A stretch of DNA of 64,000 nucleotides. It comes from Bacilli bacterium. GTDB lineage: Bacteria; Bacillota_I; Bacilli_A; RF39; UBA660. How positions within the stretch are numbered: position 1 is the stretch's first letter; every line of letters begins with the position of its first letter. The notes beneath the pieces were generated by a model. The model was not told the origin of the DNA. It saw only the letters and a list, made by a program, of their open reading frames with translations, and searched no databases. The stretch lies in contig JBJEED010000091.1 of NCBI GenBank assembly GCA_051872765.1, forward strand, positions 17,878 to 81,877, in the 5' to 3' direction. This document shows positions 18,942-30,180 of the stretch, in pieces. The position numbers were made by a program, and so were the translations under genes.

Positions 18942-19508
18942 ATGAAGTTAATAGTAGGTTTGGGTAATCCTGGTAATAATTATACTAATACTAGACATAA
19001 TTGTGGATTTAGAGCAATTGATTTTTATGCTAAAAAGAATTCATTAACTTTTAAAAATAAATATAATGGTGAATATTGTGAAAATATTATTAATGGTGAA
19101 AAAATAATACTATTAAAGCCTCAAACTTTTATGAATTTATCTGGTGAATGTGTTGTTAAATTTTTTAATTATTATAATTTGGAACTTAAGGATGTACTAA
19201 TAATATATGATGAAGTAGATTTAGAAGTAGGTAGTTTTAAAATTAAAAGAGGTGGTAGAGATAATGGCCACAATGGAATAAAAAATATAATTAATCAATT
19301 AAAAAGTGAAGATGTTTATAGATTAAAAATAGGTATATCTAAAAATAAAAATATACCTAGGATGGATTATGTGCTTGGAAAATTTAGTGATGAAGATAAT
19401 AAAAAATTAAATAAATTATTTGATATAACTTCAAAAATAATTGAAGATTTTTCTTACATGACAATAGACGAACTTATGCAAAAATATAATGGTAATTCAA
19501 ATGAATAA
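18942..19508 (+). CDS. pth: Peptidyl-tRNA hydrolase
   Basis: MKLIVGLGNPG, TRHNCG, KPQTFMNLSG and GHNG. Confidence 0.98.
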   Translation: MKLIVGLGNPGNNYTNTRHNCGFRAIDFYAKKNSLTFKNKYNGEYCENIINGEKIILLKPQTFMNLSGECVVKFFNYYNLELKDVLIIYDEVDLEVGSFKIKRGGRDNGHNGIKNIINQLKSEDVYRLKIGISKNKNIPRMDYVLGKFSDEDNKKLNKLFDITSKIIEDFSYMTIDELMQKYNGNSNE

Positions 19509-22500
19509 ATATTTATGTTTAGAATTATTTGATTTTGATATTTATAAATATAAAAAAATATCAATAAATAAAAATGAAATATATAATCAATTATTGTTAT
19601 ATATCTTTTTTAAATCTAATAAAGATATGTTATTAGTTATACCAACTTTAAATGAGGCTACTGATGTATATAATTCATTAAAAAATTATATTGATAATGT
19701 ATATTTATTTCCTGAAGATGATATTATAACTAAAAAAGCAATAGCATCTTCTCCTGAACTTTTATTTATGAGAGCAAATCTTTTAAATAGGCTGAATGAT
19801 GAAAATAATAAAATAATAATAGTTCACTTAAATAGTTTCATTAAAAAATTACCTAGTAAGAGTGTATTTAAAAATAATAAAATAAAATTAAATATTGGTG
19901 ATAAGATAAATAGAGATGAATTAATCAATAAACTAAATATGAATGGTTATAAAAGAGAAAGTGCTGTATATGATGTATCAGATTACGCAGTCAGAGGTTT
20001 TGTAATTGATGTATTTCCAATAGAAGAAAAAAATCCAATACGAATAGAATTTTTTGATAATGAGATAGAAAATATAAGATATTTTGATCCTTTAACTCAA
20101 AAATCAATTGAAAATATAAATAGTATTGATATAGGTATTATAAAAGATGATTTTGCAGATAACACTTCATCTATTAGAGAGTATTTAAATGATAGTATTA
20201 CTATATTTAGTGATTATAATCAACTTATTGAACAAGAAAAAATGAATTTACCGCAAATTAAATATTTGAATCTTGAGAAAGAATTATTTAAAGTTAAGGA
20301 TTTAATAAATGAAGATGATATTTTTATTGATACAATTAATAATAAAAATTTTGATTTAAATATAGAGGCAAAAAGTATTGATAAATATGATTATAATAAA
20401 GAAAAATTTGTTATGGATATTAAAAATAATAATGGTTTTTTATGTACTACAAATAAATTGTTAATTAATGAAATTAAAAATATTGATAAATCTATCAAAA
20501 TATTAGATTATACACTTAATAATGGATTTGTGTATAAAAATTCTTATTATTTTTCAGAATTTGATTTATATAATGGATATTCAAATAAAAATAAAGTAAA
20601 AGAAACGACATATGGAAATAAAATAATGTCAATAGATAGTATAAATATTGGAGATTATGTTGTACACAGAAAGTCAGGAATAGGAATATATAAGGGTATT
20701 ACTACTATTGAAAAAAATGGTATGAAAATGGATTATTTATTAATTCAATATAAAGGTAATGATAAACTATATTTACCAGTAGAAGATATATCTAAATTAT
20801 ATAAGTATTCTTCTAAAGAAGGAGTAAAGCCTACAATTAATAAATTAAATAGTGTTGAATGGACAAAAACTAAACTTAGAATAAAAGATCGTATTAAGAA
20901 TATAACAGGAGAATTACTTAAAATATATAAAGAAAGAAATAAAGCAACAATTAAACCTTTTGAAAAAGATGATGAAAGTCAAATGATATTTGAATCTGAA
21001 TTTGAATATGATGAAACTGTTGATCAATTAAAAGCAATAGAAGAGATTAAAAGAGATCTTGAAAAACCAAGGCCAATGGAAAGATTACTATGTGGTGATG
21101 TTGGCTATGGAAAAACTGAAGTTGTATTTAGAGCAATGTATAAAGCAGTAATTAATGGTAAACAAGTAGCATATCTATGTCCGACAACTCTTTTGTCACA
21201 TCAACAATATGATTCTGCTATAAAAAGATTTAAGAATTATGGTATAAATATAGATTTGATAAATAGACATTTTACTAACAAACAAATTCAATTAAAATTA
21301 AATAGGTTAAAAGAAGGTAAGATAGATATAATATTTGGTACTCATAGACTTTTAAGTAATGATGTTGAGTTTAAAGATTTAGGACTTTTAGTAATTGACG
21401 AAGAACATAGATTTGGAGTTGAGCAAAAAGAGAAAATGAAAAAAATTAAGTCTAATGTCCATGTATTATCAATTTCTGCAACTCCTATACCAAGATCTTT
21501 ACAAATGTCTTTAGTGGGCATTAGAGATTTATCGTTGATTGAAAGTGCACCTAAAAATAGATTTCCAGTTCAAACATATGTTATAGAATATAATGAAATG
21601 CTATTAAGAGAAGTAATATTAAAAGAAATGTCTAGAAATGGTCAATCATTTATTTTATATAACAATATCACTAATATGGAAAATCTTGTAAATAAATATA
21701 AAAAACTTATACCAGAAGCTAGAATCTGTTATGCACATGGAAAAATGACTAAAAACCAAATGCAAGATATTATATATGATTTTACTAATAAGAAATACGA
21801 TGTTCTTGTAAGTACAACTATTATTGAAAATGGTATTGATATACCAAATGCAAATACTATTGTTGTAATTGATAGTGATAGATTTGGTTTAAGTCAATTA
21901 TATCAAATTAGGGGTCGTGTAGGTAGGAGTGATAAGATTGCTTATGCTTATTTAATGTATAAAAAAGTTCTTACAGGTACTGCTTTAAAGAGGCTTGAAG
22001 CAATCAAAGAATTTACTGAACTTGGAAGTGGTTATAAAATATCTATGCGTGATTTAGCAATAAGGGGTGCTGGTGATATTCTTGGTAAAGAACAGGCTGG
22101 GTTTATTGATTCAGTTGGAGTAAATATGTATTTAGATTTAATCAATGAAGAGGTAAATGGTATAGATTTAGATAGTGAGGAAGATAAAGAAGCAATTCCA
22201 ATTAATGTAGAAACTCATATTGGTAGTGAGTATACAGATGAGAGTAACATAGTTATAGAATTACATAAAAAAATTAATGGTATAACTAATAAAAAAGAAC
22301 TAAATGAAGTTTTATCTGAAATAAGAGATAGATTTGGAATGACAAATCATTCTCTAGAAATATACGCTCATGAAAAATATCTAGAAAAATTAATTATGAT
22401 TACTATGGTAAAAGTATTAATTAATGATAATTTAAAAGTTGTATTAAAATTAAAAAGAGAAGTATATGAACAATTAAATATAGAAAATTTATTTTATGAA

Positions 22501-22647
22501 ACAACTAAAATAAGTAATAAGTTTAATTTTCAGTATAAAAATGATTCAATATTAATTACTTTACTTAAGGCTAGTTTACAAAAAAATTATATATATTATT
22601 TAGAAGAATTATTAGAACTTATTTATAATATGAAATTTAAAGTATAA
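19501..22647 (+). CDS. mfd: Transcription-repair coupling factor
   Basis: CarD-like RID domain, CGDVGYGKTEV, DEEHRFGV, SATPIPR, QIRGRVGRS and DLAIRGAG. Confidence 0.97.
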   Translation: MNKYLCLELFDFDIYKYKKISINKNEIYNQLLLYIFFKSNKDMLLVIPTLNEATDVYNSLKNYIDNVYLFPEDDIITKKAIASSPELLFMRANLLNRLNDENNKIIIVHLNSFIKKLPSKSVFKNNKIKLNIGDKINRDELINKLNMNGYKRESAVYDVSDYAVRGFVIDVFPIEEKNPIRIEFFDNEIENIRYFDPLTQKSIENINSIDIGIIKDDFADNTSSIREYLNDSITIFSDYNQLIEQEKMNLPQIKYLNLEKELFKVKDLINEDDIFIDTINNKNFDLNIEAKSIDKYDYNKEKFVMDIKNNNGFLCTTNKLLINEIKNIDKSIKILDYTLNNGFVYKNSYYFSEFDLYNGYSNKNKVKETTYGNKIMSIDSINIGDYVVHRKSGIGIYKGITTIEKNGMKMDYLLIQYKGNDKLYLPVEDISKLYKYSSKEGVKPTINKLNSVEWTKTKLRIKDRIKNITGELLKIYKERNKATIKPFEKDDESQMIFESEFEYDETVDQLKAIEEIKRDLEKPRPMERLLCGDVGYGKTEVVFRAMYKAVINGKQVAYLCPTTLLSHQQYDSAIKRFKNYGINIDLINRHFTNKQIQLKLNRLKEGKIDIIFGTHRLLSNDVEFKDLGLLVIDEEHRFGVEQKEKMKKIKSNVHVLSISATPIPRSLQMSLVGIRDLSLIESAPKNRFPVQTYVIEYNEMLLREVILKEMSRNGQSFILYNNITNMENLVNKYKKLIPEARICYAHGKMTKNQMQDIIYDFTNKKYDVLVSTTIIENGIDIPNANTIVVIDSDRFGLSQLYQIRGRVGRSDKIAYAYLMYKKVLTGTALKRLEAIKEFTELGSGYKISMRDLAIRGAGDILGKEQAGFIDSVGVNMYLDLINEEVNGIDLDSEEDKEAIPINVETHIGSEYTDESNIVIELHKKINGITNKKELNEVLSEIRDRFGMTNHSLEIYAHEKYLEKLIMITMVKVLINDNLKVVLKLKREVYEQLNIENLFYETTKISNKFNFQYKNDSILITLLKASLQKNYIYYLEELLELIYNMKFKV

Positions 22648-22670
22648 AAAATAATAAAATATTCACACTA
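22642..22670 (+). promoter_or_regulatory. Possible SigG-type promoter of spoVT
   Basis: GTATA - 17 nt - CACACTA resembles the SigG consensus, and spoVT is SigG-controlled in B. subtilis. The AT-rich context limits specificity. Confidence 0.35.
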
Positions 22671-22686
22671 TAAATAGGGTGAATAA

Positions 22687-23184
22687 ATGAAGAATACTGG
22701 TATAGTAAGAAAGATAGATGAGCTTGGAAGAATTGTACTTCCAAAAGAATTAAGAAAAAGCTTAAATATTGCGACTGGAGATGACTTTCAAATCACATTG
22801 GATGATGAAAAAATAATTTTAGAGCGATACTCTAAATTAAAAAACTACAATGATGAGTTAATTAAAATAACTAATTGTTTCTCATCTATACTTAATTATA
22901 AAATATATATAGTTGTAAACAATAAAGCACTTGGAATTAATGATGAAGTAAACTCTGGTGTTATGAAAATTATACAAGAGAGAAAGTTTTTTGTAAATGA
23001 TCATGAAGAAAGATTAAACATTTTAATGAATACAATTGATGAAGGAAAGTCAGTTATACAACCTATTGTTATAGATAGTGATTTACTTGGAGCAATAATA
23101 ATAGTTGGAAAAGATAAAATAGAGAACATAGTTAATACTTCTAAAATTATTAATAATATAATAAAATCAAATATATTAAATTAG
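22687..23184 (+). CDS. spoVT: SpoVT/AbrB-family transcription regulator
   Basis: MKNTGIVRKIDELGRIVLPKELR AbrB domain plus a C-terminal GAF-like region (QPIVIDSDLLGAIII); directly after mfd as in B. subtilis. Confidence 0.8.
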   Translation: MKNTGIVRKIDELGRIVLPKELRKSLNIATGDDFQITLDDEKIILERYSKLKNYNDELIKITNCFSSILNYKIYIVVNNKALGINDEVNSGVMKIIQERKFFVNDHEERLNILMNTIDEGKSVIQPIVIDSDLLGAIIIVGKDKIENIVNTSKIINNIIKSNILN

Positions 23185-23285
23185 AATAACATTCGTTTAT
23201 TCTTTTTTATTATCAAAATAAATAATTGAAAAAAATATTAGATTAATGTATATTATAAAAAGATTGCTTAAAAGGAGGTATATGA

Positions 23286-24029
23286 ATGATAGATAGTCAT
23301 GCACATATATTAAGTGAATATTATGAAGATATAGATTCATTAATTAAAGAACTTAAAAGTAAAAAAATATCAAAAGTTATTAATTGCGCTAGTGGTTTTA
23401 AAGATATAGATGAAATATTAAATTTATCAAAAAAATATAATGGATTTTTATATCCAGCGATAGGAATTCATCCAGAAAATGTAAATGATTTAGATAATAT
23501 AGAAAAATTAGAAGATTTAATTAAAAATAATGAAATAATAGCAATAGGGGAAATTGGTCTTGATTATTATTGGACTAAAGATAATAAAGAATTACAAAAA
23601 GAATTATTTATCAAGCAACTAGATTTAGCAGAAAAGTATAATTTACCTATAATTGTTCATATTAGAGATAGTATAGGTGATTGTTATGATATATTAAAGA
23701 CAAGAAAGTTAAAAGGAATCATTCATTGTTATAGTGGAAGTTATGAAATGGCAATTAATTTTATAAAGTTAGGATATAAATTAGGCATTGGTGGTGTATT
23801 AACATTTAAAAATTCCAAGTTAGGAGAATTAATAGAAAAAATAGGGATAAATGATTTAGTATTAGAAACTGATAGTCCATACTTATCTCCAGAACCTTTT
23901 AGAGGTAAACAAAATAATCCTTATAATGTCTATTATGTTTTAAATAAGCTTTCTCTAATAACTGGGATTGATAATAAAAAAATATTAGAAGTGACTAATA
24001 ATAATATTACTTCAATTTTTGACATTTAA
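23286..24029 (+). CDS. tatD: TatD family hydrolase
   Basis: IDSHAH, GIHP, AIGEIGLDY and ETDSPYL. Confidence 0.96.
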   Translation: MIDSHAHILSEYYEDIDSLIKELKSKKISKVINCASGFKDIDEILNLSKKYNGFLYPAIGIHPENVNDLDNIEKLEDLIKNNEIIAIGEIGLDYYWTKDNKELQKELFIKQLDLAEKYNLPIIVHIRDSIGDCYDILKTRKLKGIIHCYSGSYEMAINFIKLGYKLGIGGVLTFKNSKLGELIEKIGINDLVLETDSPYLSPEPFRGKQNNPYNVYYVLNKLSLITGIDNKKILEVTNNNITSIFDI

Positions 24030-24068
24030 AAGTACTTATTATATAATCTCATTAGGAGATGTATTGTA

Positions 24069-24626
24069 GTGAAGGAATATATAAGAACAAAAATATTTCA
24101 AACTGTTCAAACAATTGTCGTTATAGTGATTGTTTTTTTTACTTTTACAACTTCATCTATTGATACAACTAGTTTAGCTGTTGCATTTAATTTTAACTTA
24201 TCTAATTATGTAGATAAAGATAAAATTGAGAAAACTCAATTAGAGTTATATAAAGAAGGGCTTTATAATCCATTATTCTCTTTTACCGGAGATTTAACTG
24301 GTTATGTAGGAGACTGTCCATTATGTTCTGGATATCTTGCTTGTCCTCCTAATACAAATGTATTAAAAGAAGGGATATATTATAATGATGCAACATATGG
24401 AAATGTAAGAATAGTTGCTAGTAGTAAAAATTATCCTTGTGGAACTATATTAGAATTTGAAGTTGGAAAAATATCTAACGAACCAATTATAGCAATAGTG
24501 TTAGATAGAGGTGTTGGTGGTAATGATATAGACTTATTAACGGATTCACAAGATTATGCAATTAAAACAATAGGGAGAGTAAAAAATCAGGAATTTAAAG
24601 TACTTAGAGAAGGATGGAAGAGATGA
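24069..24626 (+). CDS. Membrane-anchored 3D-domain-like protein at the yabE locus
   Basis: N-terminal TM segment; C-terminal IVA...GT...AIVLDRG...IDLL pattern of 3D domains; between tatD and rsmA. Confidence 0.6.
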   Translation: MKEYIRTKIFQTVQTIVVIVIVFFTFTTSSIDTTSLAVAFNFNLSNYVDKDKIEKTQLELYKEGLYNPLFSFTGDLTGYVGDCPLCSGYLACPPNTNVLKEGIYYNDATYGNVRIVASSKNYPCGTILEFEVGKISNEPIIAIVLDRGVGGNDIDLLTDSQDYAIKTIGRVKNQEFKVLREGWKR

Positions 24627-25402
24627 AGAGTTTTAATTATAAAAAATCATTAGGACAAAATTTCTTAAAAGATAAAAATATTATTAAAAAAATATCTGAT
24701 AATATTAATCCTAATGAGAATGATTTAATTGTTGAAATTGGTCCAGGAGCAGGTGCATTAACGAAAGAACTTGTAAAAAAGGATTGTGATATCATATGTT
24801 TTGAAATAGATGAACGTTTAAAAGAAATATTAGAATCAATTGATTCAGATAGAATTAATATATTCTTTAAAGATTTTTTGAAAGTAAATTTAAGTGAATA
24901 TGTAGATACAAAAAAATACAATCATATTTATTTTGTAGGAAACTTACCTTATTATATAACAACGGCAATTATAAATAAGATAATTAGTGAATCTGATCCT
25001 TATGAAATAATTATAATGGTTCAAAAAGAAGTAGGAGAAAGATTTTCTTCAAGTCCAAATTCAAAAAACTATAACTCATTGTCAGTTTTCTTACAATATA
25101 ATTTTGATATAAAAAAAATAGTAAATGTTCCTAAGCAAAGTTTTACACCGGTACCTAAAGTAGATAGCATGGTTATAAAATTAAAAAAGAATAAAAAGTA
25201 TATAGTTAATGATGAAGAATATTTTTATAAATTTGTAAAGGATGCATTTACTCAAAAAAGAAAAAATTTAAGAAATAATCTCAAGAATTATGATTTAAAT
25301 AAGCTGGATATTATATTAAAATCTATTGGTAAAGATTTATCATATAGAGCAGAGGCTATATCTGTTGATGAGTTTGTTAAAATAGTAAATGAATTGAAAT
25401 AA
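24614..25402 (+). CDS. rsmA: 16S rRNA dimethyladenosine transferase RsmA/KsgA
   Basis: KKSLGQNFL, EIGPGAGALT, GNLPYYIT, MVQKEV and PKVDS. Confidence 0.98.
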   Translation: MEEMKSFNYKKSLGQNFLKDKNIIKKISDNINPNENDLIVEIGPGAGALTKELVKKDCDIICFEIDERLKEILESIDSDRINIFFKDFLKVNLSEYVDTKKYNHIYFVGNLPYYITTAIINKIISESDPYEIIIMVQKEVGERFSSSPNSKNYNSLSVFLQYNFDIKKIVNVPKQSFTPVPKVDSMVIKLKKNKKYIVNDEEYFYKFVKDAFTQKRKNLRNNLKNYDLNKLDIILKSIGKDLSYRAEAISVDEFVKIVNELK

Positions 25403-25527
25403 ATCAATTCTTTTTTTATGTAAATGCATAAAAAATCTAATAATAAAAAAGTAAATGATTTTAAAATTCAATATTGTATTTTAATTTAAAATTTTGTATA
25501 CTAATATAGAGAATACTATAAAGGGAA

Positions 25528-27423
25528 GTGGTTTATGTGATAGACTCATATTTTGCAAGTATTGGATTTACATTAAGTGGTTTATTATTTATGCTTACAG
25601 TATTTGTAATGTTTGTATCAAAAAAGAAAGAAAATAATGAAGAAAGTCGAATATTTTTTTATCTATTAATAATTACAATATTACTATTATTTTTAGAGTT
25701 TGCAACTAGTTATACAATTTCCAAAATAGATGAGTTAACATTATTAAATACTATTTTAGGCAGATTATATATCGTTCTTATATATCTTTGGGCAGGAGGA
25801 TTTTTATTATATATTACAACCTTACTACTTAATAATGAAGAAAAATATAAAAATAAAAATAAGAAAAAGTTTTTTACTATTTATATAATCGTATCTATTA
25901 TTGTAGCAATTCTTATGTCTATTATATTTAAAGTAGAGTATTCTAATGGTATGAATGGAACACCTTATGTTATAGGTGGAACAGCTATCACTATATTAAA
26001 TATATTAATTATTTTTGGAGGATTTTTATTAATAACAATTTTATCAAGTTATAAAAATATTATAAAGAATATTTGGATGACTCCTATTTATATAATAATA
26101 TTGGCTTTTATATTGATTACTTTACTTCAAACATTCTTTAATTATCAAATAAATGATACAGTATTATTTTTCTCGCTAATAATTGAAACTTTATATTTTA
26201 CAATTGAAAGTCAAGATAATAAATTATTAGAAGAATATAAAAAATCAAAAGAAGATGCAGAAATAGCTAATAAAGCAAAAACAGAGTTTTTGATTAATAT
26301 GTCACATGAAATCAGAACCCCAATGAATACAATTTTAGGATTTAGTGAATCTTTATTAAAAGATCCTGTACTTGTTGAAGAGACAGTTAAGAATGATTTA
26401 AAAAGTATTAATTCTGCAAGTTCAACTTTAATGGACTTAATTAACAATATATTAGATATATCAAGACTTGAAGCTGGTGAAGAAGTATTAAATGATTCTG
26501 AGTATAATTTAGAGACATTAATATTTGAAATTAATAGTTTAATTCCAGCAAAGATAGAAAAAGAAGAATTAAAATTTACTATTGAAATTAATGAAAGTAT
26601 ACCTAAAGGTTATTATGGTGATGCTTACAAATTAATTAAGATTTTATGCTATGTATTAAGAAATGCAATTGATTATACCAATTATGGAGAAATTAAACTT
26701 AATGTTGATGGTAAAAAAGTAGATGCACAAAACTTTGAATTTTGTTTCTTAGTTTCAAATACAGGTCATGCAATGACTCAAGAAAGTTTCAATATGGATT
26801 TTGCGGATTATGTAAAAATTGAAAATGCATCACAAAAAAATAATGTAAAAACTATTAATCTTGGGTTAATTATAGCAAAACAATTAACTGAGTTAATGGG
26901 CGGTGAAATTGAATTTGTTAATGAAAGAGGACATGGAACTAGATACTTTATTAGAATAAAGCAAAAAATAACTAATGAAGAAAAAATAGGAAATATATTT
27001 GAAAGTAATGCTGGACATGTTTCTAGTAGTAGAGATATATTAAATTGTGAAGGTAAGAAAGTTTTAATAGTTGATGATAGTGAAATAAATTTAAAACTAG
27101 CATCAAGGTATATGAGTCAATTTAATTTTACTGTTACTACTGCGACAAATGGAAAAGATTGTGTTGAATATATTAAAAATAATAATTATGATATAGTATT
27201 TATAGATCATATGATGCCAGATATGGATGGTGTTCAAACTGTTAAAGCTATGGAAGCAACTGGTAAAAAATTGCCACCAATAATTGCTCTAACAGCAAAT
27301 GGATATAAAGGTCTAAAAGAAAGATTTGTTTCAGAAGGTTTCACAGATTATCTTCAAAAACCACTTAATTTTAGAGATTTAAATAAATTAATCAATAGAA
27401 TATTTGGTCAAAATGGTAATTAG
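25528..27423 (+). CDS. Membrane hybrid sensor histidine kinase A (H-box intact, ATP-binding domain degenerate, C-terminal receiver)
   Basis: About 7 TM segments; [14 protein letters not shown]; degenerate N/G1/G2 boxes; receiver VLIVDD...FIDHMMP...ALTAN...KP. Confidence 0.92.
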   Translation: MVYVIDSYFASIGFTLSGLLFMLTVFVMFVSKKKENNEESRIFFYLLIITILLLFLEFATSYTISKIDELTLLNTILGRLYIVLIYLWAGGFLLYITTLLLNNEEKYKNKNKKKFFTIYIIVSIIVAILMSIIFKVEYSNGMNGTPYVIGGTAITILNILIIFGGFLLITILSSYKNIIKNIWMTPIYIIILAFILITLLQTFFNYQINDTVLFFSLIIETLYFTIESQDNKLLEEYKKSKEDAEIANKAKTEFLINMSHEIRTPMNTILGFSESLLKDPVLVEETVKNDLKSINSASSTLMDLINNILDISRLEAGEEVLNDSEYNLETLIFEINSLIPAKIEKEELKFTIEINESIPKGYYGDAYKLIKILCYVLRNAIDYTNYGEIKLNVDGKKVDAQNFEFCFLVSNTGHAMTQESFNMDFADYVKIENASQKNNVKTINLGLIIAKQLTELMGGEIEFVNERGHGTRYFIRIKQKITNEEKIGNIFESNAGHVSSSRDILNCEGKKVLIVDDSEINLKLASRYMSQFNFTVTTATNGKDCVEYIKNNNYDIVFIDHMMPDMDGVQTVKAMEATGKKLPPIIALTANGYKGLKERFVSEGFTDYLQKPLNFRDLNKLINRIFGQNGN

Positions 27424-27441
27424 GAAGGGAGTGAAATTAAG

Positions 27442-29283
27442 ATGACATTTGAATTAATATTAACTGAAGGTACAGTTGCATTTATACTATTATTATTAAT
27501 GATGTATTTTAAAAAACAAACCTTCAAAAACTTAAAGACATTTATGTTTAAATTATTATTAATATTTAGTTTATCCTTTTCTGCTTTTGAAATAATATCT
27601 GTATTATTGTTAGATGTAATAGATTCTAATTTAATAAATACTATTATATGGAAATTTCACTTTGTGATTAGCATGTTATTTAATTTAGTATTCTGCTATT
27701 ACATATTAAGTGCTTTATCTGAAGAAGAGAAAAAATCTTTTAAAGAACTTTTTACAGCTAGTTTAATATCTAAAATTGTATCTGTAATAATATTTATTAT
27801 CATAATAGGATATATTGTTTTGCCAATAGATAATATAAATCCAGAAACATTAAATTTTATTCCAAACTATAGTATATATTTTTATATAGCATGTGTATTA
27901 ATCGCATTAATTGTAACAATGATTACTTTGTCAAAAACAAAGAAAAAGATTTCTAAAAATAAAAAGCCTTATTATATTTATGCTACTATTATTCCTTTAG
28001 TTTTTATACCATTGCAAATAATATTTACTCAGGTTTCATTTTTACCTTTTGCATTAATATTACAATTATATGATTTATATTTCTTCATTGAAAATCCAGA
28101 TTTAGAAATCTTAGAAGAAATAACAACAGCACAAGGAGATATTGAACAATCTAATCAAACAAAAACAGATTTCTTATCTAATATGACATCTGAAATAAAA
28201 GTTCCAATGAATCTAATTGTTAGTTTATGTGATGAATTGACTAGTATGCCAGTATTTAATGAGAAACTTGTTAGAGAAGATATTTCACAAATATATACAT
28301 CAGGTAATAGTTTATTAGACATAGTAAATAATATATTAGATATATCTAAAATTGAAACAGGTAAAGGAACGCTTCAAGAAAGAGATTATAAAGTTAATAA
28401 TTTGTTAACTGATGTAATTAATATTGCTAAATCAAAAATTGGTGCTAAACAAGTAAAATTAATGGTCAATGTTGATCAAAATATATCATCTGTATTAAAT
28501 GGTGACTATTCTAAACTTTATCAGGCTTTGACAAATATAGTCACAAATGCTGCTAAATTCACGGATGTTGGTAAAATTACTTTTACATTAACTAGTACAA
28601 AAGCATCAAATGTCGAGAATCTATTATTTAAAATCAGTGATACTGGTTCAGGTATTAAAGAAGAAGAACAGGCAATGTTATTTCAAAAAGGTGTTAGACT
28701 TGCAAATGCTAAGCAAAGTGAGATTGAAGGTAGTGGTTTAGGACTAGCTATAACAAAAGAATATATTGAACTTTTGGGTGGTAAAATATGGTTTGATAGT
28801 CAATACAGAGTTGGTACTACTTTTTATATTGAAGTTCCACAAAAAATAGTTGATTCAACACCAGTAGGTGCAGCAAAAGAGAAAAAACAAACTACTGAAA
28901 AGCTTGATTGTTCTAAGTATACAGTGCTTATTGTAGATGATAATAACTTAAATATTAAAGTTGCAAAAAGACTTCTTGAAACTTACAAGTTTAAAGTTGA
29001 AAGTGTTACTTCTGGTAAAGATTGTGTTTATAAAATAAAGGAAGGAACACATTACGATGCAATATTCATGGATCATATGATGCCTGAGATGGATGGTATT
29101 GAAACATTACATGTACTTAAGAAATTAAATGGTTATGAATTACCTCCTATTATTGCATTAACTGCAAATGCAGTTGCAGGTATGAGAGAAATGTATCTAA
29201 GTGAAGGGTTTGATGAATATTTATCAAAACCAATAAATACTACTGACTTAGATAGAATAATTAATGAATTATTTAACAAATAA
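27442..29283 (+). CDS. Membrane hybrid sensor histidine kinase B (phospho-His replaced by Ser, ATP-binding domain intact, C-terminal receiver)
   Basis: Multi-TM N-terminus; FLSNMTSEIKVPMN; NIVTNAAKFT, ISDTGSGI, GSGLGLAI; receiver FMDHMMP...ALTAN...KP. Confidence 0.92.
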   Translation: MTFELILTEGTVAFILLLLMMYFKKQTFKNLKTFMFKLLLIFSLSFSAFEIISVLLLDVIDSNLINTIIWKFHFVISMLFNLVFCYYILSALSEEEKKSFKELFTASLISKIVSVIIFIIIIGYIVLPIDNINPETLNFIPNYSIYFYIACVLIALIVTMITLSKTKKKISKNKKPYYIYATIIPLVFIPLQIIFTQVSFLPFALILQLYDLYFFIENPDLEILEEITTAQGDIEQSNQTKTDFLSNMTSEIKVPMNLIVSLCDELTSMPVFNEKLVREDISQIYTSGNSLLDIVNNILDISKIETGKGTLQERDYKVNNLLTDVINIAKSKIGAKQVKLMVNVDQNISSVLNGDYSKLYQALTNIVTNAAKFTDVGKITFTLTSTKASNVENLLFKISDTGSGIKEEEQAMLFQKGVRLANAKQSEIEGSGLGLAITKEYIELLGGKIWFDSQYRVGTTFYIEVPQKIVDSTPVGAAKEKKQTTEKLDCSKYTVLIVDDNNLNIKVAKRLLETYKFKVESVTSGKDCVYKIKEGTHYDAIFMDHMMPEMDGIETLHVLKKLNGYELPPIIALTANAVAGMREMYLSEGFDEYLSKPINTTDLDRIINELFNK

Positions 29284-29286
29284 TAT

Positions 29287-29326
29287 ATACCTTTAGAGTA
29301 TTAAATTATACTTTAAAGGTATTTTT
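29287..29326 (+). terminator. Terminator after the kinase pair
   Basis: ATACCTTTAGAGTA ... TACTTTAAAGGTAT followed by TTTT. Confidence 0.65.
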
Positions 29327-29392
29327 ATTTATTAATTACGATATTTAAAATAATTATAGTATTATTTTAAATTTTGATAAATATATTTTAAT

Positions 29393-30142
29393 ATGAATAG
29401 TAAATTTAAAGTTGGTGACTATGTCACAAGAAAAAAATATAATAATGATATCGTATTCAAAATTAAAAGCATAAATAGAGATGTGATTATTTTAAGTGGC
29501 GTAGATGTTAGATTATATGCAGATGCATATGCTAATGATTTAGTATTAACATCAATTAGTAAAAAAAAAGAAGAGATAAGCACACTTAGAAGTTTAGATG
29601 TGGATAAATATTTTTATATTCCTGGTAAAGTACTTCATATAGATGCAGATAAGAATTATTTGGAAAAATGTAAAGAATATTATGAAACACAAAAAGTAAA
29701 GTATTATGGTTATATATTTAAAGAAAAAGATTTTAAAGAAAAAGTAAATAATCTTATTCAAAAACATAAGCCTGAAATTGTTGTTATAACTGGTCATGAT
29801 GCATATTATAAAAATAATAAATATAAGAATAGTAAATATTTTATTGATGCTGTTAAACAAATTCGAGATAAATATCCAAATGTAATTATAATAGCGGGAG
29901 CTTGTCAAAGTGATTATGAGGGACTTATAAAAGCAGGTTCAACATTCGCATCAAGTCCATCACATATTAATATTCATGCTTTAGATCCAGCTATAATTGC
30001 TTCATATATAGCACTAACTAGTAAAGATAAAACTATTGATTTAATAGAAATGTTATCAAAGACAAAGTATGGTAGTGAGGGAATAGGTGGATTTGTGATT
30101 AATGGTACTATGAAGATGGGATATCCAAGAAAAAAGGAATAA
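29393..30142 (+). CDS. yabG: Sporulation peptidase YabG
   Basis: GDYVTRKKYNNDIVF, RLYADA, PGKVLHIDAD, VITGHDA, AGACQS and FASSP..INIHALDP. Confidence 0.95.
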   Translation: MNSKFKVGDYVTRKKYNNDIVFKIKSINRDVIILSGVDVRLYADAYANDLVLTSISKKKEEISTLRSLDVDKYFYIPGKVLHIDADKNYLEKCKEYYETQKVKYYGYIFKEKDFKEKVNNLIQKHKPEIVVITGHDAYYKNNKYKNSKYFIDAVKQIRDKYPNVIIIAGACQSDYEGLIKAGSTFASSPSHINIHALDPAIIASYIALTSKDKTIDLIEMLSKTKYGSEGIGGFVINGTMKMGYPRKKE

Positions 30143-30180
30143 AATAATAAAAAAATAATATTCTTAAATAAGGTGATAAA

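Noticed and set aside
25528-29283. Kinases as decaying pseudogenes
   Set aside because: Both ORFs are full length with intact receivers, and the lesions are reciprocal and confined to catalytic motifs.
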